A stretch of 64,000 nucleotides of DNA, taken from the NCBI GenBank assembly GCA_000995965.1, contig LBYD01000001.1, positions 76,923 to 140,922 of the forward strand, written 5' to 3'. The notes under the pieces were generated by a model, which saw only the letters and a list, made by a program, of their open reading frames with translations, had not been told where the DNA came from and ran no database searches. This stretch comes from Candidatus Moranbacteria bacterium GW2011_GWC2_40_12. GTDB taxonomy: Bacteria > Patescibacteriota > Minisyncoccia > Moranbacterales > UBA11712. Positions 48,034-57,103 of this stretch are shown piece after piece; positions within the stretch are counted from its first letter, which is position 1, and every line of letters begins with the position of its first letter. The position numbers and the translations under genes were made by a program.

Positions 48034-49530
48034 ATGTCAAAATTTCTCGTAAAATCTTTTTTTTGGGTCGCTCTTAGCGAGGTGATTTACAATCTCTCCG
48101 CATACGTCATTCATTCCGGGATGGGGCGGATTTTGGGACCGGCGGAATACGGGCGTTTTGGAATTGTTGTCACTCTCACGACAATGATTGTGGTCCTCAT
48201 CGGACAGGGAGTGCCGACGGCCATGGCAAAATATTTGGGGGAAATATACGACACGAATCTGGGTCTGATTCCGACCATCAAGCGGCAAACGGCGAAAATT
48301 CAATTTGCGCTCATCGGCAGCGTCACGGTTATATTTTTTTTGTTATCCCCGGTCATTTCCAACATTTTAGGCGATCCGTCGCTAACGAACTTATTCAGGC
48401 TATCTTCGCTCGTGATCCCCGCCTTTGCGCTCGCGTCTTTTTATTTCTACTATTACACCGGTCTTCACGAGTTCAGCACTCAAGCCTGGCTCAAGACTAT
48501 CCGGTCGGTGGCACGGCTTGGTTTTATATTGGGGCTGGCCTATTATTTGAAATCCAAAGGCCTGGCTCTTGAAGGAGCGATTGTCGGCTATGTCTTTGCT
48601 CCTTTTTTCGTGTTTCTCGCGGCGACACTTTTTGATCCGTATAGAAAACTCAAGCCCGAAGGATCTTTCGACTGGCGAAAACTCTTGCATTACGCCTGGC
48701 CGATGACGCTTTTTCTCATCGCCTATGAATTTTTGATTACGATCGATCTCTATCTCGTGAAAGGGATCTTGCGCGACGACGCTTTGACGGGGCTATACAA
48801 CGGCGCGATCACTGTCGGACGGATCCCCTATTTCTTGTTTTATGCCCTGACAATTATTATCCTCCCCGCAGTTTCGAAATCCACGTCAAGCGAAAATCAC
48901 AGTGAAACAAAGAAGTTGATCAGCCAGTCTTTGCGCTTGATGACGATGTTTCTTCTCCCTATCGCGATTTTGATGTCCGTCTATTCCGAGCCGATTCTCG
49001 AGATTTTCTACGGCCAAAAATTTCTGGGAGCGGCCGGACCGATGTCGATTCTCATGAGCGGTGTCACTTTTCTGACTATTTTCTATGTCATGGCCTTTGC
49101 CTTGAACGGCGCGGGGAAAGTGAAAGCGCCGATGATGATTGCTTTTGCGGGACTTGCGACAAATATAGCCCTTAGCTATTTTTTTATCCATCAGTACGGC
49201 ATCACGGGCGCGGCCGTAGCCACATCAATCACCTCTTTTGTTTCAATGGCGTTGGTTCTTGCATATTCTTACCGATTTTTCGGCTATCTGTTCAAGTTTT
49301 CGAGTTTTTTGAAAATCTTGCTTGCTTCGGCGATCATGTATTTTGCCTCAATATTTTTCCCGGAAGGGAAATACGTTTTCATTCTCTGGTCGGCGATTTT
49401 GTTCGCCGTCTATATCTTTATTTTATATATCTTTCGCGAATTCGGCGCGTCAGATCTCGAGATTCTGAAGCAGCTTATCGCCAAAAAGAAGCTGAAAACC
49501 GCATCCGACGTGGAAGAAGAGGTTTTATAG
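48034..49530 (+). CDS. Wzx-like polysaccharide/oligosaccharide flippase (MOP superfamily)
   Basis: 498 aa with 12-14 TM helices. N-terminal VALSEVIYNLSAYVIHSGMGRILGPAEYGRFGIV is typical of polysaccharide biosynthesis protein (RfbX/Wzx) families. Confidence 0.7.
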   Translation: MSKFLVKSFFWVALSEVIYNLSAYVIHSGMGRILGPAEYGRFGIVVTLTTMIVVLIGQGVPTAMAKYLGEIYDTNLGLIPTIKRQTAKIQFALIGSVTVIFFLLSPVISNILGDPSLTNLFRLSSLVIPAFALASFYFYYYTGLHEFSTQAWLKTIRSVARLGFILGLAYYLKSKGLALEGAIVGYVFAPFFVFLAATLFDPYRKLKPEGSFDWRKLLHYAWPMTLFLIAYEFLITIDLYLVKGILRDDALTGLYNGAITVGRIPYFLFYALTIIILPAVSKSTSSENHSETKKLISQSLRLMTMFLLPIAILMSVYSEPILEIFYGQKFLGAAGPMSILMSGVTFLTIFYVMAFALNGAGKVKAPMMIAFAGLATNIALSYFFIHQYGITGAAVATSITSFVSMALVLAYSYRFFGYLFKFSSFLKILLASAIMYFASIFFPEGKYVFILWSAILFAVYIFILYIFREFGASDLEILKQLIAKKKLKTASDVEEEVL

Positions 49531-49581
49531 AAAACACAAAAAACTATCCGAAGAGGAGTTGCTATATCAAAACATTTTTGA

Positions 49582-50415
49582 TTATTTCTGCGCCAATCTC
49601 ACTGTGTTCCAAAGCAACATCGCAATCGTGATCGGGCCGACGCCGCCGGGGACGGGGGTGATGAAGGAGGCTTTTTTGGAAACTGACGCGAAATCCACAT
49701 CACCAAATATTCTTTTACCTTTGCGGTTCACTCCGACGTCAATCACGACAACCCCCTTTTGCACCATATCAGCCTTGATCAAATTCATTTTTCCAACAGC
49801 CACGACCAGAATGTCGGCCTTCTGGGTATAGCTTTTGAGGTTTTTAGTATGCCGATGGCAGACTGTGACCGTCGCACCTCGATTCAAAAGAAACTGGGCC
49901 ATCGGTTTTCCCACGATATTCGAGCGGCCGACAACAACCGCGTTTTTGCCTTCGATTTTTATTTTATTTTCCTTCAGCAATTTGATTATTCCCAGAGGTG
50001 TAGCGGGCGCGACAATGGAATATTCTTCGCCGTTCTGGACGAACCTTCCAAAATTTAGCGGGTGAAGGCAATCAGCGTCTTTTTGGGGATCAATCGCTTC
50101 AATAATCTTATTCTTATCCATATGCTTCGGCAGAGGCAGTTGGACCATTATCGCCGAAATATTCCCGTTTGCATTTAGACTAGAAATGATTTCAAGAATT
50201 TCTCTCTCCGAAGTTTTTTCAGGAAAAGTGAATACTCGTGACCCGATTCCCGCTTTCGCGCAAAATATTTTTTTTCGGTCCACGTATATCTTTGAAGCCG
50301 GATCATTGCCGACCAGGATCATCGCCAAAACAGGCTTCTTTTTCCGGCGAGAAACCTGTTTCTTCAGGTCAAGAATAATTTTTCCGGACAATTTTTTTCC
50401 GTCGAGGAGCTGCAT
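49582..50415 (-). CDS. folD: Bifunctional methylenetetrahydrofolate dehydrogenase/cyclohydrolase
   Basis: MQLLDGKKLSGKI, AIMVQLPLP, VVVGRSNIVGKP and PVPGGVGPITIAML are all present. Confidence 0.85.
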   Translation of the reverse strand: MQLLDGKKLSGKIILDLKKQVSRRKKKPVLAMILVGNDPASKIYVDRKKIFCAKAGIGSRVFTFPEKTSEREILEIISSLNANGNISAIMVQLPLPKHMDKNKIIEAIDPQKDADCLHPLNFGRFVQNGEEYSIVAPATPLGIIKLLKENKIKIEGKNAVVVGRSNIVGKPMAQFLLNRGATVTVCHRHTKNLKSYTQKADILVVAVGKMNLIKADMVQKGVVVIDVGVNRKGKRIFGDVDFASVSKKASFITPVPGGVGPITIAMLLWNTVRLAQK

Positions 50416-50473
50416 TTCTTCGGAATGATTTCTTATGCTAGAATTGTAATAGAGAATTGAGCGAAAGGCAACT

Positions 50474-51271
50474 ATGATACGCTTTGCCGCGATTACTCCT
50501 CATCCGCCAATTATTATTCCGACTATCGGTCGGAGTAATTTGAATTTGAGCAGAAAAACCGTGAATGCGATGAAGGCGGCTGGAGAAAAATTCCGTTCCG
50601 TAAAAGCGAATACGATTGTTCTGATTTCACCCCATGGTCCGGTGCAATACGATAAATTCATTATCAACTATTCTCCCACTCTTCGCGGAGATTTGTCCTC
50701 TTTCGGCGATCATCGCCGGTTTATTTTCGAAAATGACCGCGAACTCATTGACGAGATTATGGAAAGTAGCCGGATGGCCCGATTGCCGATTGGCCTAGCG
50801 AGGGAACTCGAACTTGATCATGGAGCCCTGGTGCCTCTTTATTATTTGATGAATGAAAAGGATTTGGGCTATAATCCGCGGCTGATCCATATGTCATATT
50901 CAATGCTGCCTTTGGATTATCATTTCCGATTTGGAGAAATTTTGGGGAGTGTCTTGCAAGGCAGCCCAAAACTGATCTCTTTCATTGCGAGTGGAGATTT
51001 GTCGCACCGGGTTTCGCTTGATGCTCCGGCCGGATACTCCCCCCAAGGAAGAGTGTTTGACAGGATGCTCATTGATTTAATCCAGCAAAAAAACACCAAA
51101 GGCGTTCTGAATATCGACCCATATCTCATTGAAGAATCCGGAGAATGCGGTTTGCGTTCGATTATCATGCTCTTGGGTGCTCTCAAGAACACGAGATGGG
51201 AAGTGAAGAATTTGAGTTATGAAGCTCCTTTCGGAGTGGGATACATGGTGGCGAGCCTTAATATCAAATAA
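50474..51271 (+). CDS. Class III extradiol dioxygenase subunit B-like protein (LigB/YgiD family)
   Basis: AAITPHPPII, ISPHGP, LDHGALVPL and SGDLSHR match the LigB-type metal-binding motifs. Confidence 0.55.
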   Translation: MIRFAAITPHPPIIIPTIGRSNLNLSRKTVNAMKAAGEKFRSVKANTIVLISPHGPVQYDKFIINYSPTLRGDLSSFGDHRRFIFENDRELIDEIMESSRMARLPIGLARELELDHGALVPLYYLMNEKDLGYNPRLIHMSYSMLPLDYHFRFGEILGSVLQGSPKLISFIASGDLSHRVSLDAPAGYSPQGRVFDRMLIDLIQQKNTKGVLNIDPYLIEESGECGLRSIIMLLGALKNTRWEVKNLSYEAPFGVGYMVASLNIK

Positions 51272-51355
51272 TTAGATAATCAAAAAACGCAAAGCGAGGA
51301 ACGAAAATCATTAGTATCGCTTCGCAATTAATCACTATTCTTTCCCCGAAAAAAA

Positions 51356-53290
51356 ATGAAAGGCAATTATATAATAAAAATCGCTCCGCTCATTCGCTTG
51401 CCAATCGCGAGAACGCAGGTTTTCTCGTATTTATTCCGGAAGCCGATAAAAAGCGGGAGCCTGGTGGAAATACCTTTCTATAATCGCGTCATTTCAGGGA
51501 TCGCATTGGACAGCCGAGAGGATTTTCCCCGAAAAGGAAATTTTGAACTGAAGAATGTGAAAAACATCGTGGAAGAAGAAATGCTTACCGAAAAACAAAT
51601 CAAATTTGCAAAAAAAATGGCGGATTTCTATCTTTCTCCGCTTGGGATAATTTTGAAGATGATGGTTCCGAAAATCTCGGAAATGAAGAAAAAAAAACGA
51701 ATGAATGCGGCGAAGATTGAGATAATAAAAAAAAGCGGTCGGACGAAGGAAATAACAGGCGCAAAAAGCAAAGAAGTCGTCTTGGTCGGTCCCGAAGATG
51801 AAAGAGATAAGGATATATTTTCAGCCATGAAGCAGGCAATTGCAGAAAATAAGCAATTATTGTATCTTATTTCTGAGATATTTCCTGCAGCTGCTTTTTT
51901 TGAAAATCTCAAAAAACATTTTCAAACAGAAGAAATTGCCCTGATTCACGGATCGGTCTCAAAAGGAAATTTCTTTGACGTTTGGGAAAAAATCAAAAAT
52001 GGAGAAATCAAGATAGTCGTCGCTACGAAAACGGGCCTATTTCTCCCCTTTTGCGGGCTTGGGACGATCGCGGTCGAGGAATCCGGTGAAATTTCACACA
52101 AGCAATGGGACATGAACCCGAGATACAACGCGGCTCGAGCCGCCAAGTTGCTGGCCGATATCCATGGTGCGAAAATAATATATTCAAATTCCGTTCCAAC
52201 TGTTGAAATGTGGAAAAGAAAAAAAGAGAAGTTTGTTCAAGCATCGGATTTGGGTGAAGATAATTCAAACCGGAGCGAAATCAGAATATCGAACATCTTC
52301 AGAGAAAAAAAGAGCGCTGACTTTCCGATTGCAAAGGAGCTTTACAAGTCGCTCTCAAGCATAATAGACAGAAAAGAAAAGGCGCTGCTGGTCGTGAACC
52401 GAAAAGGATTTTCAAGTTATTCGATTTGCCGAAGCTGCAAAACAGTTTTGCGCTGTCCAGAATGCAACCGGGCGCTGGTCTATTTTGAAGAAAAAGAAAA
52501 ATACAGATGCCTTCATTGCAGCCATAAAATGGATCTTTTTTGCGCCTGTCCTTCTTGCGGGGCATGCCAATTTTCACATCAGGGAATAGGTATCCAGCTG
52601 GTCGAGAAAAAAATCAGAAGGCTTTTCCCGTCAGCGCGAATACTGCGTCTTGAAGCTGACGCTTCGAAATCGAAAAAGAAAAGCGAAAAAATGTTGAAAG
52701 ATTTGTCGGATGAAAATTTCGACATTCTCATCGGCACGCAAGTCGCCTTGAAAATTGGCAGACTTTGCAAATTCAACCTAGTTGCTTTTCCCAGCTTTGA
52801 CGATTTGGGAAGCATTCCCGATTTCAACTCGAGAGAAATGGTCTTTGCGATTCTTGGCCAAGCTGAGGGCCTTCTGAAAAAAAGCGGCATTTTGATCGTT
52901 CAAACGGTTTATCCCGACAGTTTTTTGCTGGGCTCGTTCAAAAACCGAAATTGGGCTGAGTTTTTCGAAAAAGAGCTGAAGGAAAGAAAAAAAACCATGA
53001 ATCCCCCGTTTTCAAGGATAATCAAAATTATTTTTAGAGATAAAAACAAAATAAAAGCGAAAAATGAGGCTAACAAGGTATATGGCTTGCTCGAAGCGCT
53101 TGCGGATAGTAATATTGATATAGGCGAACCATACGATCCCTTTGCGGCCAAAAGAAGAGGATACTATCATAAAAATATACTGATCAAAGCCGTGCCAGGA
53201 ACCGAAATGCGCAAATTACCTTTTTTTTCCGTGATTAGCGGCCTGCGAAAGGGCTGGGTGGTTGATGTTGATCCGATAAGCACGCTTTAG
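51356..53290 (+). CDS. priA: Primosomal protein N-prime (PriA) with C-terminal 4-Cys zinc-binding region; Walker A/B appear degenerate
   Basis: N-terminal 3-prime-BD-like RLPIARTQVFSYL...SGSLVEIPFYNRVISGIAL is present. SVSKGNFFDVWEKIKNGEIKIVVATKTGLFLP and AVEESGEISHKQWDMNPRYNARAAA align with the PriA helicase core. CRSCK...CPECN...CLHCSHK...CPSCG is the Zn ribbon. Where E. coli PriA has GVTGSGKT, this sequence has VGPEDERDKD. Confidence 0.7.
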   Translation: MKGNYIIKIAPLIRLPIARTQVFSYLFRKPIKSGSLVEIPFYNRVISGIALDSREDFPRKGNFELKNVKNIVEEEMLTEKQIKFAKKMADFYLSPLGIILKMMVPKISEMKKKKRMNAAKIEIIKKSGRTKEITGAKSKEVVLVGPEDERDKDIFSAMKQAIAENKQLLYLISEIFPAAAFFENLKKHFQTEEIALIHGSVSKGNFFDVWEKIKNGEIKIVVATKTGLFLPFCGLGTIAVEESGEISHKQWDMNPRYNAARAAKLLADIHGAKIIYSNSVPTVEMWKRKKEKFVQASDLGEDNSNRSEIRISNIFREKKSADFPIAKELYKSLSSIIDRKEKALLVVNRKGFSSYSICRSCKTVLRCPECNRALVYFEEKEKYRCLHCSHKMDLFCACPSCGACQFSHQGIGIQLVEKKIRRLFPSARILRLEADASKSKKKSEKMLKDLSDENFDILIGTQVALKIGRLCKFNLVAFPSFDDLGSIPDFNSREMVFAILGQAEGLLKKSGILIVQTVYPDSFLLGSFKNRNWAEFFEKELKERKKTMNPPFSRIIKIIFRDKNKIKAKNEANKVYGLLEALADSNIDIGEPYDPFAAKRRGYYHKNILIKAVPGTEMRKLPFFSVISGLRKGWVVDVDPISTL

Positions 53291-53376
53291 CTGTACGAAT
53301 CTCTCTCGAATCCGAAAAAATGAAGTTCGAAATTCGTATAAGCATGCAACGTCGCGAATTAGTAATTCGTAATGTT

Positions 53377-53817
53377 ATGCTGAAGATTATAAAATATCCT
53401 GATGATTTTCTCCGCAAAAAGTCGGAAGAAGTGAAAGATTTCAAAGACCCGCAGATCGCGAAGCTGGTTTCAGATATGTTGAAAACAATGGAAGCGGAAA
53501 AAGGAATTGGACTTGCCGCGCCGCAGGTCAATTCCAGCCTTCGAATTTGCGTCGTCCGGGTTGACAACACAGCGCATATATTAATCAATCCAAAAATAAA
53601 ATCTTTTTCCCGAAAAAAAGAAGTTTTCGAAGAGGGGTGCCTGAGCTTTCCGGGAAAGTTTTTTCCGGTTGAACGGCCGGTAAAGGTGAAAATAAAAGCA
53701 AAAGATCTTGATGGCAGGAAAATAAAGATCAAAGCTGAAGGGCTTTTGGCGCGCGTGCTTCAGCATGAAATAGATCATCTTGACGGAGTTTTGATAATTG
53801 ACAGAATTGTAAAATGA
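53377..53817 (+). CDS. def: Peptide deformylase
   Basis: GIGLAAPQV, EGCLSFPG and QHEIDHLDG are the three PDF motifs. Confidence 0.85.
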   Translation: MLKIIKYPDDFLRKKSEEVKDFKDPQIAKLVSDMLKTMEAEKGIGLAAPQVNSSLRICVVRVDNTAHILINPKIKSFSRKKEVFEEGCLSFPGKFFPVERPVKVKIKAKDLDGRKIKIKAEGLLARVLQHEIDHLDGVLIIDRIVK

Positions 53818-54812
53818 TGATTGGGATTTCTCCCAAGATCCGATCTTGGGAAAGTTTGAGGAAAGAGAATATCAAGATTATTTTTTTTGGAACTCCGCAT
53901 TTTGCGGAAAAAATTCTCAAGGAAATAATCACGGCTGGCTATAGTGTCGTGGCCGTCTTCACCCAGCCGGATAAAAAATTTGGGAGGTCGCGGATGATGA
54001 AAAAATCAGCTGTCAAAGAACTGGCCGAAAAAAAAACCATTCCCGTTTTTGAGTCGCAGAATCTCAGGCAAGAAAAGGCAGTCAAGGAAATTATGAAACT
54101 GCGCCCGGATCTTATCGTCGTCGCCGCGTATGGAAAGATTCTTCCCAAATCAATTCTTGAAATTCCGAAATACGGGGCAATAAATATTCATGCTTCGCTT
54201 CTTCCAAAATTCCGCGGCGCCTCCCCCGTTCAAGAGGCCATACTTTCAGGGGAAAATAAAACGGGGATCACTTTGATGCTGATGAACGAAAAATTAGATG
54301 CCGGAGAGATCATAAACCAGGAATCGATTTCAATCAAAAAAAAAGACACCACTCACAGTTTGAGCGAAAAATTGGCTGACGTCGGAGGAAGAGCTTTGCT
54401 CGAAACCATTCCCCTTTGGATTAGCGGATCAATCAAGCCAACTTTGCAAAATGAAAAAGAAGCCACTTTTTGCCGAACAGTAAAAAAAGAAGATGGAAAA
54501 ATCGATTGGAATGATCCGGCGGAAACAATTTTTAGGAAATGGAGAGCATATAAAGTTTGGCCGGGAATATTTGCTTATTTTACCTTAAGAATGGGGAAAA
54601 AAAGGCTGAAGCTGGCGGAGATAGAGATGGAAGAAAAGGAGGATATTGGAGAATTGCCCGGAAAAGTGATAAAATATAAAGACAAGATAGCCGTTCAAGC
54701 AAAAAAAGGATTAATAGTGCTGGAGAGAGTCCAACTCGAGGGGAAAAAAGAAATGACAGTCGAGGAGTTTTTGAAAGGACACAAAGATTTTTTAGGCAAT
54801 GTCTTGGTTTAA
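53814..54812 (+). CDS. fmt: Methionyl-tRNA formyltransferase
   Basis: IIFFGTP, INIHASLLPKFRGASPVQ and a C-terminal domain are present. ATGA overlap with def. Confidence 0.85.
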   Translation: MMIGISPKIRSWESLRKENIKIIFFGTPHFAEKILKEIITAGYSVVAVFTQPDKKFGRSRMMKKSAVKELAEKKTIPVFESQNLRQEKAVKEIMKLRPDLIVVAAYGKILPKSILEIPKYGAINIHASLLPKFRGASPVQEAILSGENKTGITLMLMNEKLDAGEIINQESISIKKKDTTHSLSEKLADVGGRALLETIPLWISGSIKPTLQNEKEATFCRTVKKEDGKIDWNDPAETIFRKWRAYKVWPGIFAYFTLRMGKKRLKLAEIEMEEKEDIGELPGKVIKYKDKIAVQAKKGLIVLERVQLEGKKEMTVEEFLKGHKDFLGNVLV

Positions 54813-54824
54813 TAAAACAAAAAA

Positions 54825-55664
54825 ATGCAAAAAGAAAATCCGGAATTTTATCGGAAAAATCAAAACAAAATTTTTATTCTGGGGTTTGTCCTGATTTTAG
54901 CCGTGATCAGCTGGTCTTTAGTCCGGCCGATTATCTTCAAAAATACCCAAAAAGAAGAAAAAGATTCAAAAATAAATGAAGAGATTCTCAAAGCTCCATT
55001 GATTACTTTGAAAGAATTTTCCGAAAAAATTAGGGACAACGAAAAACTGTTCATCGTCGATCTCCGAAACGCCGGTGATTTTTCCGCGGGGCATATAGCC
55101 GGTGCAATAAATTTTCTGCCCGGAACAGGCCTGGCAGATCAAATCAAAAAGGCCGGTGCTGAAAATACGACCAACATTGTTATCGTGAATAAAGGCGAAA
55201 ATGTTTTTGAGGCTGCCGAAGCGGCTAATGATATCATTGCCGCGGGTTTCGTGAATGCGAAATATCTTCGCGGGGGAATAACGGACTGGCGCAATGAAGG
55301 TTATACTTTGGTTTCAGGAGGAAATTCTCCAGGCGATCAAAGCAAAATAAAAAAAATAACAGTTGAAAAATTAGCCAGTGAACTTTCAGGCGGAGACGAA
55401 CTTGTCCAATTTATTGATATAAGAGACAAAGAAAAATTCAATCAAGGCCACATACCAAGGTCAATCAATCTTCCGCTTCCCCATCTTGAATCAAACCAGA
55501 AAGCCATTTCTCCCGTAAAAAAAGCAGTTGTTTATGGTGAAAACGAGGAAGAAGCGAGCAAGGCGGCAGTGATTCTATTCGACCTGAATTTTTTCAATGT
55601 CTATGTTCTTGACGGCGGATTGGCATCCTGGAAAAACAATAACGGAAAAATAGTGAGCGACTGA
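54825..55664 (+). CDS. Membrane-anchored tandem rhodanese-domain protein (sulfurtransferase-like)
   Basis: N-terminal TM. Two rhodanese-like modules carry LFIVDLRNAGDFSAGHIAGAINF and QFIDIRDKEKFNQGHIPRSINLP. Confidence 0.65.
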   Translation: MQKENPEFYRKNQNKIFILGFVLILAVISWSLVRPIIFKNTQKEEKDSKINEEILKAPLITLKEFSEKIRDNEKLFIVDLRNAGDFSAGHIAGAINFLPGTGLADQIKKAGAENTTNIVIVNKGENVFEAAEAANDIIAAGFVNAKYLRGGITDWRNEGYTLVSGGNSPGDQSKIKKITVEKLASELSGGDELVQFIDIRDKEKFNQGHIPRSINLPLPHLESNQKAISPVKKAVVYGENEEEASKAAVILFDLNFFNVYVLDGGLASWKNNNGKIVSD

Positions 55665-55735
55665 CAGTTTAAAGCCGAGCCTTAAAAAAAATCCCGCGGA
55701 AAGCGGGATTTCAAAATGCTTGGCTTTTGTTGTCT

Positions 55736-56011
55736 CTATTTTACTATTGCCAAAATGTCCTCGTTCTTGACCAAAAGATATTCAGCTTCCCCGATCTTGA
55801 TTTCATTTCCGGAATATTTCGAATAGATCACCTTTTGTCCGGCCTTCACTTTGATTTTTTTATCCATTCCGACGGCGATAACAACACCTTCCTGCGGCTT
55901 TTCTTCACTTGTGTCGGGAAGGACGATGCCGGAAGCGGTTTTCGAGTTTGATTTCGCGGGTTCAATCAGGACGTTCTCGCCTAGAGGTTCAATATTGGGT
56001 TTTTTTGCCAT
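55736..56011 (-). CDS. groES: Co-chaperonin GroES
   Basis: IEPLGENVLIEPAKSNSKTASGIVLPDTSEEKPQEGVVIAVG is canonical. Length is 91 aa. No groEL is adjacent. Confidence 0.85.
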   Translation of the reverse strand: MAKKPNIEPLGENVLIEPAKSNSKTASGIVLPDTSEEKPQEGVVIAVGMDKKIKVKAGQKVIYSKYSGNEIKIGEAEYLLVKNEDILAIVK

Positions 56012-56051
56012 GGCTTTGAAAAATTATGATTAGCTGTTTTGGAAAAATTAT

Positions 56052-56303
56052 TTAAACCATTCTTTTTTTCGTGAATTCTTCAATTTTCGCGTCGGGCTGG
56101 ATACCAACTGTTTTTTTTCTCTCAATAATGAATATATATATTATTTCAAGGATTCCGAGGGTGTTTAGGAGCAAAAGTGCTATAAACCAAATCATTTCGC
56201 CTTGTCTGGCCGATTTCCACAGTGCAATTCCTTTCCAGACAAGGGTCCAGATGATGAGCGGAATCAGAATCAAATAATTGTTGAGCAGCGATGTTAGATC
56301 CAC
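56052..56303 (-). CDS. Hypothetical small membrane protein (2 TM)
   Basis: ORF with two hydrophobic helices. Confidence 0.4.
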   Translation of the reverse strand: MDLTSLLNNYLILIPLIIWTLVWKGIALWKSARQGEMIWFIALLLLNTLGILEIIYIFIIERKKTVGIQPDAKIEEFTKKRMV

Positions 56304-56367
56304 AGAAAAAAATTAAACACGAGGGTTATATCTATTGCACCCCATTAGAGTACTTTTTGGATTCACT

Positions 56368-56625
56368 TTAGGCTTCTTTGACTTTAAAAACAGTGGCTCC
56401 TTCTTTTGTCGGACTTGGCACCTTGATCGCAATCTCTTCGCCCTTTTTTCCTTTGCTGACGGGCTCATGGTTGAGCTGGATCGAATCAGCTTTGAGCTCA
56501 AATTCATTGTCTCCTTTCACGAATTTGAGCGGATCCCCCGCCTTGACGACTTTCGACAGTTTCACGACAGCTACCATCGCCTTGTCAAAATAATGAACCA
56601 CTTTTCCGATTTCTTGATCGGCCAT
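56368..56625 (-). CDS. Hypothetical small protein (85 aa), beta-rich (EF-Tu domain-2-like?)
   Basis: ORF only. Sequence composition KVVHYFDKAMVAVVKLSK...GDPLKFVKG suggests a small beta-barrel. Function unknown. Confidence 0.4.
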   Translation of the reverse strand: MADQEIGKVVHYFDKAMVAVVKLSKVVKAGDPLKFVKGDNEFELKADSIQLNHEPVSKGKKGEEIAIKVPSPTKEGATVFKVKEA

Positions 56626-56681
56626 ATTTTTGTGGTTAACGTATTCCTAATACTAGCAAACTTTCATTTTTTTTTCAACCC

Positions 56682-56710
56682 TTGAAAAATTGGGCGAATT
56701 TCAGTAGAAT
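56682..56710 (+). promoter_or_regulatory. Sigma-70-like promoter TTGAAA-N17-TAGAAT driving the tRNA-Gln fragment, GIY-YIG gene and tRNA-Gln
   Basis: cTTGAAAaattgggcgaatttcagTAGAATatg. The predicted TSS is about 10 nt before the tRNA-like 5-prime end. Confidence 0.45.
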
Positions 56711-56726
56711 ATGAAGGTTGATATAT

Positions 56727-56772
56727 TCCGGGATCGTCTAATGGTAGGACGCCTGACTCTGGATCAGGTAAT
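56727..56772 (+). pseudogene. tRNA-Gln 5-prime half (46 nt identical to positions 1-46 of the downstream tRNA-Gln), followed by divergent GC-rich hairpins
   Basis: TCCGGGATCGTCTAATGGTAGGACGCCTGACTCTGGATCAGGTAAT is identical to 57104..57149. No matching 3-prime acceptor strand (TCCCGGA) follows. Confidence 0.6.
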
Positions 56773-56837
56773 TGGGGTTCGCCCGATCATCCGATCGGGC
56801 GGCCGGTCGTATGACCGGCCGAATCCCTCAAACATGA

Positions 56838-57098
56838 ATGCATTACATTTATATTCTTTCACTAGGAAATAATAGCTTGTATAAAGGCAGGACTGATAAT
56901 ATTAAAAGGAGAGTATCAGAGCATCAGGCCGGGAAAGTGGAAGCAACCAAATATAAACTTCCAGCCAGATTAATTCACTTTGAATGCTACGTTGTAAAGA
57001 GTGATTGTATACGGCGGGAGAAATATTTAAAAACTACTGAAGGCAGAAGATTTTTAAAACAACAGTTGAGAGATTTATTTAAAAAAATTGTTGGTTAA
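56838..57098 (+). CDS. GIY-YIG nuclease superfamily protein (YhbQ/UPF0213-like)
   Basis: HYIYILSLGNNSLYKGRTDNIKRRVSEHQAG contains the GIY, YIG, Arg and Glu core. The overall sequence is collinear with E. coli YhbQ ([30 protein letters not shown]...). Confidence 0.7.
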   Translation: MHYIYILSLGNNSLYKGRTDNIKRRVSEHQAGKVEATKYKLPARLIHFECYVVKSDCIRREKYLKTTEGRRFLKQQLRDLFKKIVG

Positions 57099-57103
57099 CA
57101 TAT

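Noticed and set aside
55665-56011. Expectation of groEL downstream of groES
   Set aside because: groES is followed on its strand by an intergenic spacer and a convergent rhodanese gene. No groEL is in the window. I noted it as an orphan groES, which is not anomalous by itself.
56727-56835. First tRNA-Gln-like sequence as a functional tRNA, or a tRNA with an intron
   Set aside because: The 5-prime 46 nt are tRNA-identical. However, no 3-prime acceptor strand (TCCCGGA) or T arm closing follows. The downstream copy is complete from position 1, so this is a partial duplicate rather than a split or intron-containing gene.
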